DNA of 64,000 nucleotides from assembly GCA_976226885.1 (NCBI GenBank), contig OZ320316.1, positions 38,006,001 through 38,070,000 of the forward strand, in the 5' to 3' direction. The notes under the pieces are model-generated. The model was not told the origin of the DNA. It made no database searches and saw only the letters and a list, made by a program, of their open reading frames with translations. The translations under genes were made by a program, and so were the position numbers. Origin of the DNA: Iphione sp. A-MEVVRFRX5. Lineage: Eukaryota. Of this stretch, positions 12,186 to 24,068 are shown one piece after another (the stretch's first letter is position 1; each line of letters starts with the position of its first letter).

Positions 12186-12697
12186 CTACCCCTTGGGACC
12201 TGTAAGCAGGTCGTCTGTCGTACTGTCCTGCATACCATCTGGCAGCGGTGCGTTATGGAAGACGAGCTGCTCGAGTGCGTCAGGCGTGAGCAGGATACTC
12301 GGCAGCTCCTCGTTCTGCTGACGCAGAATCCGCTGGTGTCGCGGATTATACGGGTTCAATGTCCGACCTGCTCGTTGCGCGTTTCCGCCTCCGGTTCCTT
12401 GAGCAGTTCCGCTTCCGCTCGCCGTGTTGTTACTTCCTGCACCATTTCCTCCGCTGTCGACGTCGACGATGACCGGCGGTTCCTGAAGGATGATTATAGG
12501 GGCCGTCGATTCGGCCGCTCCGGCACTGTCGGCTGTAGATGCAGCGGGAATGGATACAGTCGTGGTCGTCGTCGTGCGCGAGTGCGTCATCCGGTCGCCA
12601 CGACCTGCGTTTGCAGCGCGCGCAGCGGCGGCCGACTCCTCGGGCGGACTGTCGTCCTCCCCTTGCGTTTCGTCCGACTCCGTCGCTGTCGGCTTCC
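12186..12697 (-). CDS. stum: SPEC3/Stum-family membrane protein, coding exon 3 (long low-complexity C-terminal tail)
   Basis: Acceptor gtgtttactcgtgtttcag|GGAAG keeps the frame with the phase-1 donor of exon 2 and continues the 176-aa ORF (GKPTATESDETQ...LLTGPKG, TAG at 12188-12186). GC/CpG-rich against AT-rich flanks. The three exons sum to 1002 nt = 334 codons. Confidence 0.8.
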
Positions 12698-12953
12698 CTG
12701 AAACACGAGTAAACACGTAAAGTACCTCGTTAATTCAAATGATTCCCACTGTCGTCACGCCTGTAATTCCTGCTGAATAAATTAAGCAAACACAAAATGT
12801 CCATGCACTTATAGTATGCATATACATATACACATGAATCACCCTCTTCCAGAAAATATAGTCAATTGTGAACTGTCACTGATACCCTCCAGTCTCTAGT
12901 CAATCTCTGGCATATCATATTGCAATCTATGTTAGATGTCTACCTATACTGAC

Positions 12954-13136
12954 CTGAAATACTGAGGAATGACACCCCCCACATGATGCTCCAGATCCAG
13001 CCCAGCAGGCAGAGGAAGGTGGTGAGGAACTGGAGGAGTGCCACCCAAGAGTTAACCAGCAGTACACTCGATTTATCCCGTGTTCGGGGCCTTGGCTGGG
13101 AACAGCAGAGCACAGAAAGTCCGGACACAAAGGTTC
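12954..13136 (-). CDS. stum: SPEC3/Stum-family membrane protein, coding exon 2 (GTFVSGLSVLCCS...GWIWSIMWGVSFLSIS)
   Basis: Acceptor ttatttatag|GAACC completes the GGA codon begun in exon 1. The exon encodes GTFVSGLSVLCCS and LLQFLTTFLCLLGWIWSIMWG, the recalled SPEC3/Stum core. Donor TCAG|GTCAGT, phase 1; 183 nt. Confidence 0.9.
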
Positions 13137-16100
13137 CTATAAATAATGGGGTTGAAGTGAACATTTTAATATGCTAACGAATGAATACAAGACACACTGA
13201 AAGAAAGGTACAATCTTTACCGAAATTCAAATGTACCTGCATTGCAATAATGAAATCCATGTGCAAACTGAACTTTTCGTTTTAGAACATTTTAAAACAG
13301 ACAATGCTGTCCATGCCCCAAAAGGGTATACACTGGTCGCCACTAATCGGGCGACTTAATAACCAAAATTTACTGCTTAACCGACACATTCAGTGGAAAC
13401 CAAATAAGAAAAATCAGCTTAAATAGTTCCCGAAACAGACAATCCCCATATATCCAACAAAATATGAATAAACCCAAAGTGTCAGTTATGGAGGGGCCAC
13501 TGTAGTGTTTTACAGGTAATGGAGACTAGAAACAATGCTATGACTCTATTTTTCCTCTTTGATAGGTGGAATACAGTGAATTATTCCACTGCATTCAGTG
13601 GTATATTGGATACAGTTGATGCATTGACCCGAGGTATAAATTTCGTCTCTCTCGACTCCAAATACATATCAATATATACATATACATCCCAATACAGTAA
13701 CAGGAATTCAGATAAAGAGGATGATATATATAGGTTGACAGACTCAATACAAAGGGAGTTAGCCGGAGGCACGTTTGGATCACATCGGGAATTATACAAG
13801 TCCGGACGACTAATGTGTTCAGTGTCTGCTGCGTCACTGTGGTGTCCATGAGTCATGAAGCGCGTATGGCGAATTTTGTTCATGGATAGAATCGATTGGA
13901 ATGGCTTTTTATTATTTCACTGAATTTTACGGGATAATACATGTCTTCCTCGAAACGGTCTTAATGTACAATGCAAACAATTGATGCAAATTTTGGCTAC
14001 GGGCGATGAAAGTATAGTGAATGAGGTTGATTCCCCTGTAGCAAAATTGTCGATGAAGCATATAATGTTTGCGACGGGCTGGAGGCATTCTGCAGCTATC
14101 ATCCCGACAACATATCTAGTTTCCTTTATGAAGTCCGTGACAAATCACACTTGTCACATCATCGTATTCCATTTTATGATAAGGCATATATCAACACTCT
14201 TTCCTTTTCCTCGGGCGTTTTCCCGAGAAGCCAAGCGGCACACATGGCATAACCTTAGTTATAACGAGGGAGTAACAGCGTGTGATTGAGGCATTTGGCG
14301 TGCCAGACACCCGTGTAACAAACGAGATTCTCGGCTTTGGCAACCGGTCTGACGTGCGGTCCGAGGCGATATGGGGACCTGGGGGCTGGCTCTCGTCTGC
14401 TACAGAACAGCGTCGCCCATTTCATCCACAGCTGAAGACAAATCTGATTACCATCCAGGTCCCGTAAAGCCTCTCTTAGCAGCAGTAGCCACAGTTGACC
14501 AGTTTCCTCATCCACCGCCTTCAATATTCGGGTCGTTTCAGCAAAAGGCGATCTTCTGCCTGGTGTACGATATGAAACCCGTGCAAAATGTCACCGTAAA
14601 TCTTTGAAGCCTCGACGCATCCGTCATGGTCTCCGTATTAATTTAATTCCGCCACGGTTGTGAAACCTTTCAAGGTTTATTGTAACCCCGATAAATTCGC
14701 AGCTATTTTTATGCCTCAACCATGACTGTACTGTCATGTTCATAATTCATATGGATCTCCGGTCTAGCTACTGTACACTTCGTCCTCGGCTCGAACAAAA
14801 CTGAATTATATCCATTTCTGTATTTCGTTAAAGAGGCCATATACCCCAGTGATCCATTTACCTGACCCCAGCCCTCTGTACTACCCGCCCGCCTCATTGT
14901 TTTCCTTTTCCACTCTACAAACCAGCCATCAATAGAAAAATCCTTACTATTTATTATACCAGTCTCAACCCGAAAACTACCCACTTCAGTCAAACTGGGG
15001 GGGGGGGGGGGCTGGGAATCTTAGGATCCCTGTTAAAGGATGACATAATTTAATCAATCTGGTGTTTGCTGCTGAGGTACGAGCGGCTGTACAATCAATA
15101 GTGCGATGTGACTATGTAAGACACTGATGTGCGTCACACAGGGACAGCGAATTGTTATTGTCTGGGACGCAATCTCCAGTATGTTTGAAGAGAGATGGCG
15201 GTCTGTGGCCCAGTATGCTGTTTGGCCGCCTGCGACAGCTTTACACAAATGAACTGCGCAGTTCAAGGAGTCCTAGGACACGTTCAAGAGGCCACTCCTC
15301 TACATGCGTTTCGCGTACCTTATGAAAACGTATCGTTCTATGTGATTTGCCTTGGTATTCCAACTTTTTCTTTGTCTTAATCTTCGATTCTGTTTTACCT
15401 TGCCATTTTCTTCCTTTTCCCCTGCTTTCTACAGAAATGTATCCCTTTTTAGATTTCGTGTTAAATTTCTTTTAAGTCTTATGAAGGGGATCGACAACAA
15501 AGGAAGCCGCAAATGGAAAGACTAAATCAGCATATAAATTATTGGGTCCCAGCAACTTTAATTGGGCCTGGGCCATGTCTCTTCTCCCGGTCTCTGGGTC
15601 TGTGTCACCGATACTTACATCTTTTCAGCCAGACCAATACCTACCAAACGCCTGCAATCAACGCGCACATACATGTACAGACACAGTCCATCTTACATAC
15701 TGTCTCGGCTATATAGACACCCTACGAATACAAGACTGGCAGTGAATAGGCCTTGTCAAGTCCCCAGTGGGGTTGTTGGGTATTGATAGAAGCTCATGGC
15801 TTCGCAGTCACGGGATTCACGGTTTTGTGCATCTAGTCCCTGAACAACTCATTGCACCAGAGGCAGGAGACGACCGGGAATAGGAGTAGCTGAAAGACCC
15901 GAGCTGCTCGGCAACGGGAGCGATTCGCGCCGACCTCGGCCAATGAGTGCCCATAGTGAATGTGACCTGCTACTGGCCAGGGAGCCTTAGAAATGACGGA
16001 ACCCACCGAAATCCATACCCTCTGGTAGAACACAAGTCAACACTAATTCATGCAACTAATTGGCCTTGAGATGTGAACTGGCCGATATACAAAAGGCCTG

Positions 16101-16681
16101 CTGAAACTGAATGCTGATTGAATTAGAGCTTCTGGCTTTAAAATATCCCAAGTGGATTAAATCCCTTTACAACACGGCACGACAAGCAAGAGGACTATCA
16201 CAGCTAATACGATCAATGCAACGAATGCTGTGCACGAGGAATTTTCTCATACGAGTATTTATAAGGATAACTCTGGATTTATTTGCAAACAGTGAAAGGA
16301 AAACCTAACAGCTTTTTCCCTCAAGAATCGAATTCGTATATTATTTTGCATCAAAGATAGATCGGGCGTCAGCCGCCCTGCAGCAGCCACCACCAACCAC
16401 TAGGCATGATGCCTTTCCCATGTTGAGTAAATAGAGTGAGATAGCGCCAGACTTGAATGCTGCAGGCGGGTGATACGGCGGCCCAGCTCGCGTCTCGAGC
16501 GGCCTCCACAGAGACAGACCATGAATTTCCCGGCTTGTAAGCCGGTATATACCAGAATCTTCATTGTCGAGTGCGACTGGTCCCTCCTCCAAGAGTCCCG
16601 TAGCCACAATAGACCCGGTTCAAAGTGGCTGCACAGTGAATAGGCCGGCTGCCCGACCTGGGAGATCTGTCGCCATTATTA

Positions 16682-17321
16682 GGCCCGGTTTCCTTATCTG
16701 CGGTGGTGTCCGTTGGTATGCGTGTGCGTTTCAGTGCGGGAAACGCATCAGCAGGTGTTTCCGCACTGAAACGCAGAGGGGTGCCCCCAACCAGTGCGTG
16801 ACGGTGCGTGCGTTGGTGTGCGTATATGATCAGAAAACCAGCAAATTTTATGCAAATTTGGCTGAAAAACGGCTAATTTCATACAAATTCCACCGAAAAA
16901 CGGCTAATTTCATACAAATCGGCCGAAAAACGGCTAATTTCATACAAATTCCGCCGAAAAACGGCTAATTTCATGCAAATCGGCCGAAAAACGGCAAAAC
17001 TGTGCGGAAAAACTCGGGAAAAAAAACGTCATTGTGCGGAAATGTGCGGAAATGTGCAGTATACACATCCAAAAGTGAGTAAAAGTGAAGAAATGTGAAG
17101 AAATGTGAAGAAATAGCAGTGCGTTGGGCTGCGTTTCCCTGCGGGTGCGTGGAATTTACGGGAAGGGTCCGAAAACGGGCAACGCAGCTCTCCGCAGCTC
17201 TCCGCAGCCGCAGCTCTCCGCAGATAAGGAACATCCCATATTAAAATAAGCATGACGGTAAAATGGGTGCGTTTTCCGCACTGGAACGCACGCAGCTCTC
17301 CGCACATAAGGAAACCGGGCC
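16682..17321. mobile_element. PIF/Harbinger-type MITE family C with internal tandem repeats
   Basis: TTA|GGCCCGGTTTCCTTATCTGCGG...CCGCACATAAGGAAACCGGGCC|TTA: 22-bp TIR with one mismatch and a TTA TSD. Internal 31/30-bp repeats at 16864-16995 and 10-bp repeats at 17030-17220. Confidence 0.9.
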
Positions 17322-17512
17322 TTAGCCAGTCGCAATTGTCCCGACATTGTGCCACGCACCGAGATCAGTTGGAACGATTGTACAGTCATCAAGCACTTCG
17401 AAATTAAGTGTTTTTCTCTTCTTTTGTTCCTGCAATTCTTTTATATTGTGCTCATTGCCAGCTCATGACGTCTCTCCTTTAATGAGCAGTTTGTTTCGAT
17501 TTCTTCCATCAA

Positions 17513-18130
17513 CACAGAAAAAAGCAAATTAGTTGAACCATCCGAAACATAAGTTGATTTCAACCAATTTTATAGGGAAAAATATGTCCAACCAAGTCAT
17601 TACTTGTTCAAACGAAAATATTTGGGTTGATCATCCAGCCGATAATTTTGGTTGAAACAACCAATCGTCATGGCTGAATCAAACAAATTTATTGGTTTCT
17701 AGATTATACAAAAATCAACTAAAAGATTGGTTCCAAAATCAGTTTGGATCAAGCACTAAGAACTAAGAAAATTAATTGATGTCACAATAGAGGAATGAAC
17801 ATGTCTGTCCATCTGTAAATATACTTTTCCTGGTTTGAATTAGTTCGCTAGCTCCATGCACTCGTCCCTAATCATTTTGTTTAGCAAGGAGTGCTGGGAG
17901 GAAGTGATTGCAAACAATAAAATTATAGCTAGGTTTTTGTTCATCTACTTCTTATTGGTCAAAGCAAACAATGAAATTAATTGTTTTGCCAACCAGCTTT
18001 CATTGGCAATGATAACCAGGGACATTGGTAGGAATATCTAATGAGTCTATCAAAATATTGGTTGGTTTGACCCATTTTGCCTCAACCAATAAGATTGTTT
18101 CAAAATTCAACTAATTTATTTTTAAAGTAT
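17513..18130. mobile_element. MITE with CACAGAAAAAA left end and many CAACCAA/TTGGTTG motifs (possibly Transib-derived)
   Basis: CAC-starting terminus at 17513 and dispersed CAACCAA/TTGGTT repeats. The right end is degenerate, so the boundary is approximate. Confidence 0.45.
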
Positions 18131-21100
18131 ATAAGAGTTCTAGTTAATTCTCCGTTTCTGTCTGCCTGGCTGTCCGTCGGTCTGGAGATCTTTGTATCTA
18201 TCTGTCTGTCTTTCTCTTCTTTCTTTGTATCTGTCTCTGTGTCTCTTTCATTGGATTCCTATGGTATTAAGTGTTTATAATGTTGTGAGCCGATGAATAC
18301 AGAGTTCCTTCTTCTAGAATGGTCCTTGTCCTGTCCTACATTTGTTTTGAGGCACAGCAAGTCAACCCATTAACAATATTGTCATTTAGGTACATTTTGT
18401 TCCTGACGGCTCCATTGCAAACTTGAAGCCAAAATGTCAATACCATGATGTCTTACGACTCTATCTACGTGCATATCTTTTTGTACAGAGGTAATTAGCA
18501 CACCACGTCATTCTTTATTGGGTTTCCGTCTTGCAAGTGCAGCTTGTGAAAATGAATTCGTAAAGACAAGGCTACACATGTGCATGTTTATGCGGCTAAT
18601 GTAACACAGGGTTTTCTCTTTGAACAGTGGATTCTCCGTTACAGTGCTTTTATCTGGGAAAGTATTGTTTGCCATGCTATATATTTCATACCATGCGTGC
18701 TATGAATCATGTGCTTAATCATCTGTGAGACATGTAAGATGGAGCGGAGCACTAAGTTGATAAAATTACTTCTCAAATGAGTTTATTTATTGGACCGGGT
18801 GTTCCAGTTGTTCTCTGCTGCGTTTTCGGTGCTGATTTGCGTGTGAAAGGATATGCTGTGGGTTAGTTTTGTGAGCGAAGGTAGAACGATAGGGTATTGG
18901 ATCATTGGGTCGTATGGAATGGCGACAAGCAAATGCTGCACTTGAGGAATCTGGAGGAGTACAATGTGATATCTACGTGGTCCAGTACACGTTTTCCATG
19001 TTGGCGCAACAGGAGCGGCCTTTCACCCAGCCGTAGACGGGGGATCGGTTCTGCTGCACAGAGATGACTGGCGTGAAAATTTCTAGGTATATACGAGTGT
19101 TTATATGGAGAGGTCTTTGTCACTGCCATGGCGTGTCGCACTAAGTCTATAAGGTATGTCAGAAGTAGAGGCAATATCCGCCGGTGGCTTGTACTTTTAG
19201 CTGGGAATAACCACCTTCAATGGCCTATGGCATGTAAGATTATCAAGATGGGCCCTCAGGCCTTGGAGGGAGGTGACTAGGCAGCCACATATACAACAAT
19301 ACTTGTTCGCTGTCCTATCTTCACAATACTTATATTTGGGTTAGCCCTATGAAAATATACATGCACAACGAAAGCTTTGTCTATGTATATCATAGAAATG
19401 GAAAAACAGAAATATAAAAATATCCCCACCAGCTTGGTGTTTATCTGCGTTTATACTACACTGGCAAGGTTTCTCTGAGCTGTCCAGAAGTCCCACTTGC
19501 ACGAAGGATCACGTCCAGTTTTTCTTGCTTTGACAACGTTTGAATGTAATAAGCCAACATGGTGTCATTCACTAGAGAGTTAACATATTGATATAGGCAC
19601 ACGATTTGTTTACCCAAATAACGCATTATGGTTTTGAATTCCAGCGAGGGATTATTACCAGTTTTTTTTTTCGCTTCCCTAGCTCAACTTAACTGCAAGT
19701 ACATCAGTGGCTACACAAAGAACATTACCTGCGCTTCTTGTAGGAGGAGTAGACCTGATAAAGGTGTGATTAAAAGGACGGGAGCAACTCCCACGTAGCA
19801 ACTCCCACGTCCTACGAGCAGATGTTTGAGCATCTGAACGACACCTGATTAAACTAATTATGAGACAACCTAACTGCTCCAAGTTTACCGTGCTAATTAT
19901 CAAAAGTAGTTGGCACACAAGAGTCCTATAGAGAGCGGCTGTTTTGACTGCGGCGGCTAGTGGTTTTTAAGGATCTAATTTTGGGCGGTCAACGCTACAA
20001 ATAATGGACGATTGACAGTTAAATTGATGCAATTCTGTTCCTAGTCTCGCGTCAAACCACAAGGTAATGTAGTTGTGGTTATAAATAAACACTTAATTTA
20101 GTTGAATGTACTTGTTTATTTCTACAAATTGCCGTGGTTTATCAACCAGGACCTTTTCCAATCGAACTTACCTTTATTAAAGTCATGCGTTAAATTGGCC
20201 GATAATGATAGTGACTGAAGTTATATTTCACCCATTACCTTTGATCCGCTTCGATGTTCGTGGGCGTTCTTTTTTCATCCTGATTAATTAACAGACGACA
20301 TAGCTAATACAGTGATATTTTATTGACTCTAGTTCTTATCTTTTGATGAAGTCTATGTTCGGCCTTTTAAGATTTGTAGGCATGAATAAACAGACGTTTC
20401 TAAAAAGTACAGCTGAGAGATCCGGGTCGAAGAGTGGCATCATCGCCGTTCAGGTAAGAATGCATGCATTGCCATTTAATACCTTGATAGAGAATATTAT
20501 CATATACACCGCTGATAAATGGACTTTTACCAATCGCTATTTAGGATGGACTGTTCATTAGCATGAGGACGTATCGATCGCCTCTACAGCTTCTATTGCC
20601 ATCTACATTTTGAATAAGAATTATTACTACATTTTCTTTTCATTTTGATGGCTATGACTGCATGTATCATTTGATGTGATCTATGTGGATTTGAAATGAC
20701 TTCTCCTCTATTACTTCTATATTCAGTCGTCTAGCAAAGCACACATGGGCCGATTTCCGTCAGTTGACATCTTTTTTATCGGACACCGAAATCGCTGCAG
20801 TTGGGGCCATCTGTCCCACCTATAACAAAGAGCTGATTTCATATTGAAATATCTGAAGTGTTCAGATAGGTTCGAGGGTTTGAGGTTTGTTTCCGTGCAC
20901 ACGTAAGTTCAAAGCTTAGACAATGTTTCTATTGGTTTATGTACAGCCAGATGTTTTGTGCGCGAAGGGGAAAAACGAACGCTTCGGTCTTAGAACTGCT
21001 CCTAATATACGTTATTAGTGAAAAATTATGTGCATGTTTCTGCAAAATCATACTCCTAGGTACACTGCACATACACCTGTCTATACACATATATATTATG

Positions 21101-21244
21101 TGCATACATATACACATGCTTGATATGCAATTATTGATATTGATATTGAATTCTTGTATTGAGTCTTTGTTGTCAACACATACAGGCTGATTTACCAAAG
21201 AAACTCAGAAAAATGAAAGGTACAAAACGAATAAAGAAAAAGAA

Positions 21245-23182
21245 AGAATGAATGAATCTTAAAACTAACATATTGCTCGATCAAGTAACAAGCCGCTTGA
21301 CTTCATACACCACATCATGACCATTATAAAGACAATTTTAGCCTCCTCCTGAAACATTCCCGTTCCCTGCTTATGAGTGGTACAGGCAATTGGTTCCAGC
21401 CATTACAACCAACATATAAGAAACTTTTAGAATAGAGTGATGTTTTAGGCCTGCACAACTTGATAATTGGCTGGTTCCCTGACCTTGTCACCCAAGTATT
21501 TGCCACATCAAGAAAATCAGTGTGAAACATGTCATTGATGGTAGACATTAAACAATACTGTAGCCTAGTATCTAATGTCATTATATTGTTCACACCAAGC
21601 CACTCATTTATTTCGTCCCTTGAAGACCATGGGCTCAAAATAGAGCTACGCAATGCCCTGTACCAGCATCTCTCAAGACTTAACCAGTCCTGCCTCCCTG
21701 CCCCCTGAAGTAGCACCAGTCCATAATCCATTTGTGGGCACACGAAGGCCTGGAACAGTGTTTTCAACAAACTGTATGGTAAATATTGGCATGCCCTCTT
21801 TAATAGATAGGTGATTGACCCGATCTCCTTAATTTTGGCTTGTATCATAGGACCAAAGGATAGATTTTGGTCAAACAGCATACCCAGAAAACTGAATTGC
21901 AGTTTTCTCAACAGTAACTTGCCCTCGAGGTCCAATCCCAATTCTAGCTGCCTACCTTTACCAAACATCATATAACATGATTTATCCTTGTTGATTATCA
22001 ACCCATTCTTGGTGCACCATAGTCTCACATTGTCCAAACTGTGTTGGGCCTTTTTCCTACGTGCCATTCCATTTGTTCCCCAGGTGATCAGGGTTACATC
22101 GTCTGTATAAAAATAGATCTCACTAGGAAATTCAATTTCAAAGATTGAGTTGATCATAATCAAAAACATCCACAGGCCTAAAATGGATCCCTGTGGGACC
22201 CCCCTAACCACAGCTATTTGCTCAGAGCAACTGTGGTTGCACTTCACATGCTGCTGCCTACAACTTAAATAAGACTGTACCCATTTCAGAACATTGCCCC
22301 CAAAGCCCATGTTACATAATTTCTCACATAGTACGGCATGATGCACCAGGTCAAAGGCCTTGGACATGTCAAGGAAGGTTGCACACCCATAATGACCCAT
22401 GTTCACATGATGCAGTATCTCCTTTGCAACCACCCCGCCTGCAAGTTGGGTATTGCGACCCCCACGAAACCCAAACTGTCTATTTCCTAGCAAACCCTTG
22501 GCCTCTACATAGGTTGATAATTGATGCCATACCAATTTTTCTGCTATTTTACCTGGTACAGGGAGCAGGGAGACAGGTCTGTAGTTGGCAACATTCAGGG
22601 GACTCCCCTTCTTCAGTATGGGAACCACTGTTGCTACCTTCCAATTGTCAGGAAAGACACCTTCCCATAAAGATCAATTTAGCAGCATAGTGATTCTCTC
22701 CAGGGTCAACAACATTGCATCCTTGAGCACATCTGTTCTGACATTATCGAGTCCTGAAGGCTTTCCATTCTTGACCTGTTATATCAACCTCACGACATCA
22801 GTTTCATGTACAGCATTGAACTTGTTCAATCTGCTCGCCTTTCCTTTAGTGCAGCCCCCCACAGACACATTCATTTTCCTTCCATACTCATCCACACTTT
22901 TCAGGAACCAGTCGTTCATCTCATCTGGGACATTATCCCTTCCCACCATCTCCCACCCACCCTAAGCCTAATCTCATTAGATACCTTTGATTTACCCAAT
23001 ACAGCCTTATTGATTATCTCCCAAAATTTCTTTTCATTGCCCAGATTGGTGGTCAGTTCATCTCTTAAACTGTCCCTCTTGGCACATCTGATCACGTAGT
23101 TTGTCAAATTGCGAAAATGACAATAGATGTGCCTGTAGTCTAGATTCCCTGTTCTCCTCCATCTCTTGCGAAAACAATCCAA
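21245..23182 (-). mobile_element. 5'-truncated, inactivated CR1/L2-type non-LTR retrotransposon (RT domain)
   Basis: 434-aa ORF 22628-21324 with PILKKG, NYRPVSLL, QFGFR, FLDMSKAFD, GVPQGSILG and YTDD. The same frame upstream has stops at 22676-22674 and 22781-22779 within typical linker motifs (KPSGLDN, FPDNWKVATVVP). Linker ORF 23182-22916 is in another frame. No endonuclease domain seen. Confidence 0.93.
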
Positions 23183-23907
23183 TTATATGCATGTCCTCTA
23201 CCTTTTTGTATTATATTGTACGTGTGGAAACGACAGTGTTCGATCATGTTCATGTATATGCAGCGTGCTCTCTCCCTGTTTCTAGGTTGATATGGAGGGC
23301 CTAAATCATGCCACAGTCGAGAAGCGTCTTCAGTTAATGGGTCGGTTATGTGGCCGAAGCGTTTGGTGGCCAGCCGTCTAACAGTAGGGGAACTCCCTTT
23401 AAGCAATTCACAGGTCTCATGGCGTCTCTCTTAGATTAATGGGTCAGTAACCAGTTTCTCCATATTCTAACATCGCTGTATTTCGCATACAATTCCTTAT
23501 CCGTGCCATATCTAACATGTATATGTACATTTATTTACACGCATAATATTAACACATCGCTGTATTTCGTACACGGTCCAAACCCGCATAGGAGACGAAC
23601 CTTTGGACTGGCTGGTTTTCATCTCTCCCACAGTTTGGTTGCATATTAGACATCTATACACGATATTATGAATGGCTGTGTCTGATAAATATTAAGCGCT
23701 GCAGTGTACATGTATTTGCTATTCTGATTCTGAGCCCTGTGGTTAGAAAATAACGAAAATTATGAATTCAGAAGTATCAATTTTCGAATCACCCATGCAA
23801 ACCTGACGCAGCAATCTCCCTGTTCTATAGTCACAAAATTCATCTCACATTTTCAATGGCGGCAAGGACAAGAATTCTTAGTCTCAGAACATAATATTTG
23901 TTCAGCA

Positions 23908-24068
23908 TCTCCGTCGTTGGCAGCTTATTTTCCCACATGTGCCAGTCTCGTAATCCCGCGACTGTGTTTTTTATGGCTGCAGGCGAGAAGCACTAGGCAG
24001 GCCGACTTTAACGTATTGTTCAATTGGGAAATTGAGTGCATTTGTCACTGCCCTGCCAACGACGGAGA
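23908..24068. mobile_element. Short MITE with perfect 16-bp TIR
   Basis: TCTCCGTCGTTGGCAG (23908-23923) and CTGCCAACGACGGAGA (24053-24068) are exact reverse complements. TSD not evident. Confidence 0.65.

Noticed and set aside
12255-12720. Plus-strand ORFs of 148 aa and 76 aa (also 34218-34573)
   Set aside because: Antisense shadows of the GC-rich Stum-like exons.
13700-16580. Peptide similarity DKEDDIYRLT (plus, about 13.71 kb) versus DNEDSGIYRLT (minus, about 16.55 kb)
   Set aside because: Only about 10 residues with no flanking similarity; consistent with chance.
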